From a virus (Duplodnaviria; Caudoviricetes), in IMG/VR virus record IMGVR_UViG_3300032237_000364, positions 1 to 52,047 of that record: a stretch of 52,047 bases of DNA. The stretch is one strand, 5' to 3'. A program made the translations under genes and the position numbers. Numbering within the stretch: the stretch's first letter is position 1; each line of letters begins with the position of its first letter. Shown one piece after another: positions 10,038 to 18,623 of this stretch. The notes beneath the pieces are model-generated. The model worked only from the letters and a program-made list of their open reading frames with translations, was not told where the DNA came from and did no database searches.

Positions 10038-10649
10038 ATGTCTACGAAGTTACGTAATATTGACGCCATCAAAAAAATGTTGGATGGACAGCACAAAAGC
10101 CAATCCAAAAAGTCAATTGGTTATCAAAAAACAGTTGAGAAAACTACTAGAGAAGTAGGAGAGACTTGGGTTGATGTTCATGGTGCTGAATGGGTTCAGA
10201 AAGAAGGGTTCAAAATTAAAAAAGGAAAATTGGATGAAATCAGAGCTTTAATAGAAGCTAGGAAAATGCCAGTTAAGTGTCCTAAATGCAATGCGCCAAT
10301 GGTTAAAAGACTTGACAAAAAGTTTTGGGTTTTAGAAAAACATTGCTTTGATTGTCAAGTAGCATTTGAACATAACTTACGTATTGAAGGTAAATACGAA
10401 GCTTATGAAAAAGAAAGAATTTTGAAAAATGCAGAATCTTGGTTAAAGGACGCTGAGCAAGAAGCAATGGAAATTGTAGCAGCGATGAGAAATCCAGTTA
10501 CCTATTCCGATGTGGAAGGAAATATTGAAACGTGGTCAGGCGGTCGTTCTCCGGATGAAATTGCGGATAAAATAGCAGCAGACTTTAAAAAGTTTAAAGA
10601 AGATTTCATAAATAAATTAAAACAAGAACTAGCTAATGATAAAGCTTAA
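10038..10649 (+). CDS. Hypothetical phage protein with zinc ribbon
   Basis: CPKC...CFDC; promoter-like motif at 10018. Confidence 0.6.
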   Translation: MSTKLRNIDAIKKMLDGQHKSQSKKSIGYQKTVEKTTREVGETWVDVHGAEWVQKEGFKIKKGKLDEIRALIEARKMPVKCPKCNAPMVKRLDKKFWVLEKHCFDCQVAFEHNLRIEGKYEAYEKERILKNAESWLKDAEQEAMEIVAAMRNPVTYSDVEGNIETWSGGRSPDEIADKIAADFKKFKEDFINKLKQELANDKA

Positions 10650-11361
10650 AGACCTTTTAAAAGAAGGTAAGGAAACTAAAGAACCTGTTAGACAAGATGA
10701 TTTAGCTTCGGTAACTGCCGACGTAACAAAATACTTTGAATCAAATAAAAAGTCTTTTGAAAAACTTGCTGATGAAAATGATTGGGACGCTTTCTATGAA
10801 AAGGCTTATGATAAATTTCCAGATGCAGACCAAGACGACGTCGCACAGGCTTTGAACAAAGCAATGTTATCTGCAGGATGGGTTGAAAACGAGACTCCTG
10901 AAGTAACTGAAAAAGATTTAGAATATAAAGCTTTTGGAGATAAAAAGAATTTAGGTAAAGGGATTAAAATGGGAGATTACGATAAAAAGAGTAAAGCTCC
11001 TAAAGACGTTAAACCGGAAATTTCTGCGCCGCTTGACAAAATGAAATTTGACAAGTTAAAAAAAAAGGTAACTGAGAGCTCTGACTGTAATTGTTTACAT
11101 GAAGAAATTTTAGAAGAAGCTGAATACCACGGAAGAAAAGTTACTTTGAACAAACCATTTTTAACGCCGGGAGGTCCTAGAAAGCGTGCAGTGTACGTTA
11201 AAAATGAAAAAGGCAATGTAGTGAAAGTAGGATTTGGCGATCCAAATATGCGCATTAAAAAAAATAGTCCTTCGCACAGAAAGTCATTCAGAGCGAGACA
11301 TCATTGTGAAGATCCAGGACCACATTGGAAGGCTAGGTATTGGTCATGTAAAGCATGGTAG
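10636..11361 (+). CDS. Hypothetical protein with MIKLKDLLKE leader and a basic C-terminal domain of a type seen in T4-like phages
   Basis: C-terminal KVGFGDPNMRIK..RKSFRARHHC..ARYWSCKAW. Confidence 0.6.
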   Translation: MIKLKDLLKEGKETKEPVRQDDLASVTADVTKYFESNKKSFEKLADENDWDAFYEKAYDKFPDADQDDVAQALNKAMLSAGWVENETPEVTEKDLEYKAFGDKKNLGKGIKMGDYDKKSKAPKDVKPEISAPLDKMKFDKLKKKVTESSDCNCLHEEILEEAEYHGRKVTLNKPFLTPGGPRKRAVYVKNEKGNVVKVGFGDPNMRIKKNSPSHRKSFRARHHCEDPGPHWKARYWSCKAW

Positions 11362-11990
11362 ATATGAGATACATTATATACAAAATTACTAATACTATAA
11401 ACAATCGATATTATATTGGCAGACATGCCACTACAAATATTGATGACGGGTATATGGGCAGTGGTAAAGCAATAATCAATGCTATTAAAAAGTATGGCAA
11501 AGATTCTTTTAAAAAAGAAATATTAGCAGAGGCTACGTCACCTGAAGAATTATGGGATTTAGAAAAATGTATAGTTAATGAGTCTGTAGTCACTGACCCA
11601 CTTTCGTATAATATGGCATATGGCGGTCGTAATTATCTAGATGGATTAAAAAAGTACGATTCGGAAAAGTTTTTTCAACATCAATCAGACGCTGGAAAAA
11701 TAGGAGGTATAAAAAGTGTTTCGTTACACAAAGAAAAATTTCCGAACAATGAATGGCATCACAGAGGAGCGATAGCATCTATATTGTCTAGGCGTAATAA
11801 TCCAAAATTTAGGTACGAAGTAATTTCAAATAACATGCGTTATTTAGTTACAAGAGATGAGCTAATAATATTATGTAAAAATCAAAATTGGAATTATAGT
11901 ACGTTAACATGGAATTTAACGTACGTAAAAGAAAAAATAATTAAGCGTGGACCGCTAAAGGGATTTTTTATAAAAATGATTGAACAATAA
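11355..11990 (+). CDS. GIY-YIG (Seg-like) homing endonuclease
   Basis: IIYKITNTINNRYYIGRH..GYMGSG..AIKKYGKDSFKKEIL..E..YN. Confidence 0.85.
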   Translation: MVDMRYIIYKITNTINNRYYIGRHATTNIDDGYMGSGKAIINAIKKYGKDSFKKEILAEATSPEELWDLEKCIVNESVVTDPLSYNMAYGGRNYLDGLKKYDSEKFFQHQSDAGKIGGIKSVSLHKEKFPNNEWHHRGAIASILSRRNNPKFRYEVISNNMRYLVTRDELIILCKNQNWNYSTLTWNLTYVKEKIIKRGPLKGFFIKMIEQ

Positions 11991-12013
11991 AATTTCAGTA
12001 AAATTCATTACTT

Positions 12014-12253
12014 ATGGTATTAGTTCATATATTAACGCATGTAATTGCAATGTGTATTGGAATAATGGTATGTAGAAAATTCCTGACAGGAGTTGCTTTT
12101 TTTACAGAGTATGAGCTGATAACCATATCGCAAAAAATTAAACGTTCTCGAATATCCGAGGACTTGCAATTTGAATTAATCAACTACTTGGCGTGCGAAG
12201 ATAAGAAATATTTTGAAATGTCAGCGGTGCTTAAAAATATAATCAACGAATAA
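12014..12253 (+). CDS. Hypothetical protein, hydrophobic N-terminus
   Basis: 79-aa ORF filling the gap between flanking genes. Confidence 0.4.
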   Translation: MVLVHILTHVIAMCIGIMVCRKFLTGVAFFTEYELITISQKIKRSRISEDLQFELINYLACEDKKYFEMSAVLKNIINE

Positions 12254-12263
12254 TAGTTTAAAT

Positions 12264-13838
12264 ATGTTAAAACTTAAAAATTTACTGCGCGAAGCTGCAG
12301 CTTCTGATATTGAAACTTTAGTGACTAAAGTTAAAAATTACGATGAGTTTGTGTCTAAGCTAGGAGATTTAGCTAAAGATCCAAAAATACAATCTTTTAT
12401 TAAATCTGGCAAGGGTGACGGCAGTTTAGATGATGATAAAATAGACGCAGTTTCTAAAAACATTTTAGTTACCAAACTTCGTCCAACACAAAATGAAATT
12501 GACGTTGATAAAAGCTTGATGTATCCATTAACAAAGCCAGATGCGTTGCAAAATTGTTTAGGGAAAACTCCCATCACTATTAAAGCTCCCATTGTAACTT
12601 ACAACAGTAAATATATAATTGATGGACATCATAGATGGAGTCAGGTATATTCTATGAATCCCAATGCTGTTATGACAGCGATAGATTTAGAAGGCCCTGA
12701 AATGAATCCTATTGATATTTTAAAGATAGTTCAGTTATCAATAGCAGGTGATATAGGAGCTGTACCGACTGCGGTTGTTAAAGGCAGAAATTTACTTAAA
12801 GCAGATGGAAAGTTCATCGGTGATTATGTAGTTAAAAACATCACAGATGACTGTGTAAAAGTATTTAAAAGGAATCGTTCAAAGACATTGTCAACGGCAA
12901 CTCCAGAATTGATTGCGGGAAAAATTGTAGTTCCAAATGTAATGGACATGCAAAAAACTTCGCAACCTGTTCCAGGAGCACCTTCAAGAAACGTAATGCC
13001 GCAAACAGACGACGCCCCTGATGCGATTAAAAATATTGCAAAGGGAGTTGTAAATTATAATAAACCATACCAATACGAATCAAAAATAATTAAAATGATA
13101 AAATTAATTGATTTATTAAAGGAAGATGAAGCTCCTAAGTGTCCTATAGCCACACAAAATGTTGAAGTAAATTTAAAACATCGTCAAATAGCTATTGACA
13201 AGTATGGATACGGTCCATTAAACCCTAACAATCCAAATATTAAATTTTGGAAAGAAAAAGCTAGAATTTGGAAGCTGGCCACTATAGAAGAAGCAAAGTC
13301 TGCTAGATGTAACAGTTGTGCAGCATTCAATATCACTACTAGAATTTTAAATTGTATCGGCGCGGGGCTATCTGCTGAAGAAAAATCAGTGGAACCTCGA
13401 CAAAGTGAACCAAATACGCATACACAAAGAAATCCGGGCCCACCTGTAGAAGAAAATTTAATTTCAGAAATAACTACTTTAGGACTTTCGGGTATTAAAA
13501 GATTTGCTGTTAAACACGGATTTTCAGTTAAAACTAAAACGTCGGGTGGTCGAGTACCTTACGCCACGCTAACTAAAGATGGTAAATCTTTTGGACCGTT
13601 TGACCCGACAATTACTACATTAGCCAGTTTACAGAAACGAGTTGGTATTGTAACTGAAGATGAAATACCTGAACAACCGGAGCCAGAAACAGATGACACT
13701 GAAAATGTAGGTGAACAAGATGCGTGGGAAACTATAGAAGCTGGTAAGTTAGGTTATTGTATAATGCACAAATTCAAATGTTCGGGTTCTAGGACGTGTA
13801 ACGCTTGGATTGAAGGCGGTCCTGTAAAAGATAAATAA
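12264..13838 (+). CDS. Multidomain protein: ParB/Srx-like domain plus Cys-rich domain
   Basis: LRPTQ..PIV..YIIDGHHRW (ParB/Srx-like); internal second leader MIKLIDLLKE at 13095; CNSC and YC..KFKC..TC cysteine cluster. Confidence 0.65.
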   Translation: MLKLKNLLREAAASDIETLVTKVKNYDEFVSKLGDLAKDPKIQSFIKSGKGDGSLDDDKIDAVSKNILVTKLRPTQNEIDVDKSLMYPLTKPDALQNCLGKTPITIKAPIVTYNSKYIIDGHHRWSQVYSMNPNAVMTAIDLEGPEMNPIDILKIVQLSIAGDIGAVPTAVVKGRNLLKADGKFIGDYVVKNITDDCVKVFKRNRSKTLSTATPELIAGKIVVPNVMDMQKTSQPVPGAPSRNVMPQTDDAPDAIKNIAKGVVNYNKPYQYESKIIKMIKLIDLLKEDEAPKCPIATQNVEVNLKHRQIAIDKYGYGPLNPNNPNIKFWKEKARIWKLATIEEAKSARCNSCAAFNITTRILNCIGAGLSAEEKSVEPRQSEPNTHTQRNPGPPVEENLISEITTLGLSGIKRFAVKHGFSVKTKTSGGRVPYATLTKDGKSFGPFDPTITTLASLQKRVGIVTEDEIPEQPEPETDDTENVGEQDAWETIEAGKLGYCIMHKFKCSGSRTCNAWIEGGPVKDK

Positions 13839-13840
13839 TT

Positions 13841-14056
13841 ATGCCATTAAACGTTCCAGTATTAATTTCGGATATACAATTAGTTTTAAAAGCTCAAGGG
13901 CCGCCGCCGCCAGATCCCGCTGCAGCCGCGGTCTTGGAAGCTTCGCAATTAAAACTAGCTACTGGGTTAGCAAATGCTATCAACAAATTTGTTTTATCAG
14001 CCAACCCAATACCAGTAGTCACATCGGCTGGCGCCGGCACGGCTACGATTTCTTAA
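13841..14056 (+). CDS. Small hypothetical protein
   Basis: 71-aa ORF tightly packed after 13838. Confidence 0.5.
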   Translation: MPLNVPVLISDIQLVLKAQGPPPPDPAAAAVLEASQLKLATGLANAINKFVLSANPIPVVTSAGAGTATIS

Positions 14057-14105
14057 GTTATTTACTGTCTTAATATTTATTAATATAAAAGACAGTGAAT
14101 AACTT

Positions 14106-14759
14106 ATGGAAACACTAACAAACAAAACAGCGATTTTAAAATCAGCATTCCCATACATAATAATTGCAATAATGGCAATTGTTATTTTCATGCAAAGGTC
14201 TTGCTACTCACCAACGCCCCCAGCTCCGTCAAAAACTTCAGTAGTTAACATCAATGGGCAGAAATTTGATGTTCAAAAACAAACTACTGACACACAATGG
14301 ATGTCGACACCTCCACAAATTGTAATTCGCCCAGGTAAAGTAATTCACAAAGACAGTATTGTATATGTAGAAATTCCTCCATGTGATGATACATTGGCAA
14401 TATTGGAAGACTACTTTGCAAAGAAAATATATTCAGACACTTTACGATTAAAAGATTCTTTAGGATATATAGCTGTTCAAGATACATTGAATCGAAATGA
14501 AATCTTAACAAGGATTTGGGATGCACATATCAATACAATGAAAATCACTGATACATTTTATTTATCTACTAGGCCAAGAACACAGTGGTATTTTGGAGGG
14601 TTGATAGGAGCTATGAGACCAAATACAACAATGGCAGGTGCAAGCTTGTTAGTTAAAAATAAAAGAGACTGTATATACAGTTTAAACGCTGGGTACACTT
14701 CCAATCTAAATTTATTTGTACAAGGCACCGTTTTTTGGAAAATCAAATTTAAAAAATAG
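14106..14759 (+). CDS. Membrane-anchored protein with beta-rich C-terminus (possible lysis/spanin-like protein)
   Basis: N-terminal TM segment YIIIAIMAIVIF followed by QRSC; amphipathic beta strands ending FWKIKFKK. Confidence 0.45.
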   Translation: METLTNKTAILKSAFPYIIIAIMAIVIFMQRSCYSPTPPAPSKTSVVNINGQKFDVQKQTTDTQWMSTPPQIVIRPGKVIHKDSIVYVEIPPCDDTLAILEDYFAKKIYSDTLRLKDSLGYIAVQDTLNRNEILTRIWDAHINTMKITDTFYLSTRPRTQWYFGGLIGAMRPNTTMAGASLLVKNKRDCIYSLNAGYTSNLNLFVQGTVFWKIKFKK

Positions 14760-14762
14760 GTT

Positions 14763-15356
14763 ATGGCGAATCAAACACAAAAGTCTTTAAAAGAAATCAT
14801 CAAAGACGAGTATAAAAAATGTGTACAAGACCCGGCACATTTCATGAAAAAGTATTGTCAAATACAACATCCACAAAAAGGAAAAATACCATTTCATTTA
14901 TATAAATTTCAAGAGCAAGTATTACATGATTTGCGTGATCATGACTATAATATTATATTAAAGTCTAGACAGTTAGGTATATCAACACTATCCGCGGGGT
15001 ATGCTCTTTGGTTAATGACCTTTTTTGGTGATAAGAACATTTTAGTTATCGCAACTAAACAAGATGTAGCAAAAAATCTAGTTACAAAAGTAAAAGTGAT
15101 GTATGAGAACTTACCCTCGTGGCTTAAGTTACCAGCAGTAGAAGATAATAAATTATCACTTCGTCTTAATAATGGTTCACAAATTAAAGCAACTTCTTCT
15201 TCAGGCGACTCAGGTCGTTCTGAAGCATTGTCTTTGTTAATTATAGATGAGTGTTGTGAGTATAACACTAACATAACAATCAAAAGTCGTATTACCGGAG
15301 AGTGTGAAACAATTAAAATTGGGGAGTTATATAAACGTTTAGAAAATTTATCTTAG
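14763..15356 (+). CDS. terL: Terminase large subunit, N-terminal part, fused to a 34-aa split-intein N fragment (15252-15353)
   Basis: T4 gp17-like LYKFQ, Walker A KSRQLGIST and Walker B LLIIDE, followed directly by intein block A-like CCEYNTNITIK..IKIGELY. Confidence 0.92.
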   Translation: MANQTQKSLKEIIKDEYKKCVQDPAHFMKKYCQIQHPQKGKIPFHLYKFQEQVLHDLRDHDYNIILKSRQLGISTLSAGYALWLMTFFGDKNILVIATKQDVAKNLVTKVKVMYENLPSWLKLPAVEDNKLSLRLNNGSQIKATSSSGDSGRSEALSLLIIDECCEYNTNITIKSRITGECETIKIGELYKRLENLS

Positions 15357-15383
15357 CCATATTTATTTTAAATATGCAATAAT

Positions 15384-16358
15384 ATGGATTTATCAGTTTT
15401 ATACAATTCTAACGGAGACTTAATCGCTGGGATTGAAAATATTCAATTTTATAGAGATAAAGGAATATTACATGTATATGAATATATAATGCTGAATACT
15501 ATGTTTTTAGACTCTGCGACTACATCGATTAAAGAACGTATTTTTTATATATTTAATGATTTAACAGAATTACAACTATGTCCACATTGTTGTATTAATA
15601 AACGTAAATATCAAGCAAACAAAAAATCGTTAACGAATACTTGCGGAAGTGATGTTTGTAAAAAATCAAAAATACATCGCCGAGATACATCGCACTTATA
15701 TATAAGTAAAGAATGTCAGTGCGGAAATACATTTAAAGTTTCTATAAAATCAGGAATGAATAAACAGTATTGTACCAGAAAATGCTACACATCGTTTCGT
15801 AATTACAGACACTCCTTTGATACAATATTGAAAATACGGGAATCCAATAAACGTACACATTCTGATCCAATATGGAGACTATCTATGAAGGAGATATATG
15901 AACAGTCCCATAAAAAAATTTCCGAAACTATGAAGACTAAAATTCTAGACGGTACTTTTACGCCATGTATTACAAATTCTTATACTCGATGGACTGCAGC
16001 CGTGTGTATTAATGGGAAAAATAAAAAGTTTCGAAGCTTTTGGGAAGCTACATTTTATTTATTGACACCGGGATTGGAATTTGAAAAAATACGTATACCA
16101 TATATATTAGATAATCAATCACATTCATATATTGTTGATTTTGTCGATGAAAAAAATAAAATTTTATATGAAATTAAGCCAAAATCTACAAAAGATTCTG
16201 AATTGAATCAGTTAAAGTTTCAGTACGCTACTATGTGGGCAAAAGATAATGGATATTCATTTGTTGTTATTTCCGATGACTGGTTTCATAACAATGTTAA
16301 CAGACTTGATTTTAATGAGCATCCTCAGTTATATAATTCAATGAAACAATTTTTATGA
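15384..16358 (+). CDS. Free-standing endonuclease (zinc fingers plus TnsA-N-like PD-(D/E)XK domain) between the terL halves
   Basis: CPHC, CQCG..YCTRKC; FRSFWEA..FEKIRIPY..YIVDF..LYEIKP. Confidence 0.8.
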   Translation: MDLSVLYNSNGDLIAGIENIQFYRDKGILHVYEYIMLNTMFLDSATTSIKERIFYIFNDLTELQLCPHCCINKRKYQANKKSLTNTCGSDVCKKSKIHRRDTSHLYISKECQCGNTFKVSIKSGMNKQYCTRKCYTSFRNYRHSFDTILKIRESNKRTHSDPIWRLSMKEIYEQSHKKISETMKTKILDGTFTPCITNSYTRWTAAVCINGKNKKFRSFWEATFYLLTPGLEFEKIRIPYILDNQSHSYIVDFVDEKNKILYEIKPKSTKDSELNQLKFQYATMWAKDNGYSFVVISDDWFHNNVNRLDFNEHPQLYNSMKQFL

Positions 16359-17803
16359 GTAATATAGTAAAAAATATAGAATATGATATTCTAACTCCGT
16401 CGGGGTATTCAAATTTCAAAGGAATATCCATGAAAGAAGTCGGTGTATTATTTAATATTGAGTTCAGTGACGGATCAAATTTGAGTTGTACAGAAAATCA
16501 TTTAATAAAACTCACAAATACTGATTTTCTTGAGGCATGCCATTTACAAATAGGAGATGAACTAGAAAATGGAGTATTAGTTGAGAATATATCATATGAA
16601 ATTGGAAAATTTTATGTTTTTGATCCGATCGATGTTGAAATGTATAACGAATATTACAGTAACTCTGTTATAAGTCATAATTGTGCGTTCATACCAAATG
16701 TGGAAGACATATGGATATCGTCGCAACAAACTTTAGCAACGGGTGGTGGAGCAATTATATTATCAACTCCGAATGGAGTCGGTAACTTTTTTCACCAACT
16801 GTGGGTAGAGTCGGAATCTAAAACAAATTCCAGGTTTCATCAAATTAAACTTCCATGGACTGTACATCCTGACAGAGACCAATCTTGGAGAGATAAACAA
16901 GATGATTTATTAGGTATACGTGGAGCTCGTCAAGAATGTGATGCGTCATTTGAAGGCACAGGTCACACAGTTATAGAGGGAGAGTTATTAGCTTGGTATA
17001 GAAAGACTACTGTACAAGATCCTATCAGTAAACAAGGATTTGATGGTAATTTATGGATTTGGGAACATCCTGATTACACAAAGGATTATATAGTAGTAGC
17101 TGACGTTGCACGTGGTGATGGGGGTGACTATTCAGGTGCACACGTTCTAGATGTAGAATCTATGGTTCAAGTCGCTGAATATAAAGGGCAGATATCACCG
17201 AAGGATTACGGCAACTTACTAGTTAATTTAGCTACACAGTATAATGACGCTCTGTTAGTAATAGAAAATGCAAATATCGGATGGACTACTATACAAGTAG
17301 CCATTGACAGGGGATATAAAAATTTGTATTACTCTACTAAAGATTCTTCAGTTTCAGACGTTTCACAACAATTATCTAGATATGTAGACTTAAAAGATAC
17401 CTCGCAGATGGTAGCTGGGTTTACAACTTCTTCTCGTACAAGACCATTAGTAATTTCCAAATTAGATACATACATGCGAGAGCGAACTCCTGTAATACGT
17501 AGTTCTAGGTTGATGGATGAATTAGATGTATTTATTTGGAACGGGTCTAAGGCAGAAGCCATGAGAGGTTACAATGACGACTTGGTAATGTCGTTTTGCA
17601 TCGCACTTTGGATTCGAGATACCGCTTTACGCTTGCGCCAGCAAGGCATAGAAGTTCAAAGAAAAACTTTGGATTATTTTGGAAAAAGCTCAGGAGTTTA
17701 CAACGGTCGTTCAGGAATGTTAAAAGATTCTGGATGGAGCATGAATGTGAAGAATAATGGAAAAGGAAATATCGGAGTTGAAGATTTAACGTGGCTTTTA
17801 TAA
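16355..17803 (+). CDS. terL: Split-intein C fragment (109 aa, 16355-16681) fused to the terminase large subunit C-terminal part
   Basis: Block B CTENH, block F VFDPIDV, block G YYSNSVISHN|CAF; then LSTPNG motif III, RNase H-like nuclease VADVARG, LVIENANIG and NDDLVMS. Confidence 0.92.
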   Translation: MSNIVKNIEYDILTPSGYSNFKGISMKEVGVLFNIEFSDGSNLSCTENHLIKLTNTDFLEACHLQIGDELENGVLVENISYEIGKFYVFDPIDVEMYNEYYSNSVISHNCAFIPNVEDIWISSQQTLATGGGAIILSTPNGVGNFFHQLWVESESKTNSRFHQIKLPWTVHPDRDQSWRDKQDDLLGIRGARQECDASFEGTGHTVIEGELLAWYRKTTVQDPISKQGFDGNLWIWEHPDYTKDYIVVADVARGDGGDYSGAHVLDVESMVQVAEYKGQISPKDYGNLLVNLATQYNDALLVIENANIGWTTIQVAIDRGYKNLYYSTKDSSVSDVSQQLSRYVDLKDTSQMVAGFTTSSRTRPLVISKLDTYMRERTPVIRSSRLMDELDVFIWNGSKAEAMRGYNDDLVMSFCIALWIRDTALRLRQQGIEVQRKTLDYFGKSSGVYNGRSGMLKDSGWSMNVKNNGKGNIGVEDLTWLL

Positions 17804-17845
17804 TTCTAAAAGTATTTTTCTAAAAGTTTTATATTTATTAGTGAA

Positions 17846-18001
17846 ATGGGACGAAAAAAGAAATACCTTACACATGAAGAGAAGCTAGAGGCGCAGCGTG
17901 TATGGAATAAAAAGTTCTACGAAAGTAACAAAGATAAATTGAATAAAGCTTCAATGGAAAAATACTATGAATTACGAAAAAATTTACAATCAAATAGTTG
18001 A
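17846..18001 (+). CDS. Small basic protein (51 aa) overlapping the HNH endonuclease start; paralogue of 2598-2744; not in the ORF track
   Basis: Manual translation MGRKKKYLTHEEKLEAQRVWNKKFYESNKDKLNKASMEKYYELRKNLQSNS; TATTTATT motif at 17832. Confidence 0.75.
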   Translation: MGRKKKYLTHEEKLEAQRVWNKKFYESNKDKLNKASMEKYYELRKNLQSNS

Positions 18002-18569
18002 GAGAGCGCGTACAGCGAGTCGTCAAAAGCTTTGCAAAAATAATAAAGAGTATGTTTATTATGAAGAGCACCACATCATTCCTAAATGTATAGGCGGTTC
18101 AGACGATAAAGTAAATTTAGTATTATTAACTGCTAGAGAACATTTTATTTGTCATTGGTTATTAATTAGAATACACATAACTAATGATAAACTCGCCTAT
18201 GCATTTTTTTCTATGTGCAATAAAAAAAGTAAACGACATTTATATTATACACCTTCCAGCAGAATGTATCAAGAATCTAAAGAAACGTTTTCTAATTTAA
18301 GAACTGGATTTTCTCACACAACATCTACAAAGGCTAAGATGTCTGAATCTAAAAAAGGATTTAAACACTCCGATGATGTTAAAAAGCGAATTTCTGACGC
18401 GCTGCGTGGAAGAGCTACTCCCGATGATGTAAAATTAAAAATATCAGAATCGAAGAAAGGAAAAGTTTCTCATAGAAGAGGAAAGCAATTGTCAGAAGAT
18501 GTAAAAAATAAGATGAAGCTAGCTAAAATACAATATTGGGCAGATAGAAAAAAATCAGAAAATTCGTAA
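17967..18569 (+). CDS. HNH homing endonuclease with NUMOD3 repeats
   Basis: EEHHIIPKCIGGSD..NLVLLTAREHFICH; repeated H(T/S)xxxKxK(M/I)SESKKG. Confidence 0.88.
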   Translation: MNYEKIYNQIVERARTASRQKLCKNNKEYVYYEEHHIIPKCIGGSDDKVNLVLLTAREHFICHWLLIRIHITNDKLAYAFFSMCNKKSKRHLYYTPSSRMYQESKETFSNLRTGFSHTTSTKAKMSESKKGFKHSDDVKKRISDALRGRATPDDVKLKISESKKGKVSHRRGKQLSEDVKNKMKLAKIQYWADRKKSENS

Positions 18570-18623
18570 AATTCAATGGTTATTATAATTCTAGATATTT
18601 ATTAATAAACTTATAACAAAATT

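Noticed and set aside
15357-16354. Group I intron interrupting terL
   Set aside because: There is almost no non-coding sequence (27 nt upstream, overlap downstream) to form a ribozyme core; split-intein motifs explain the break.
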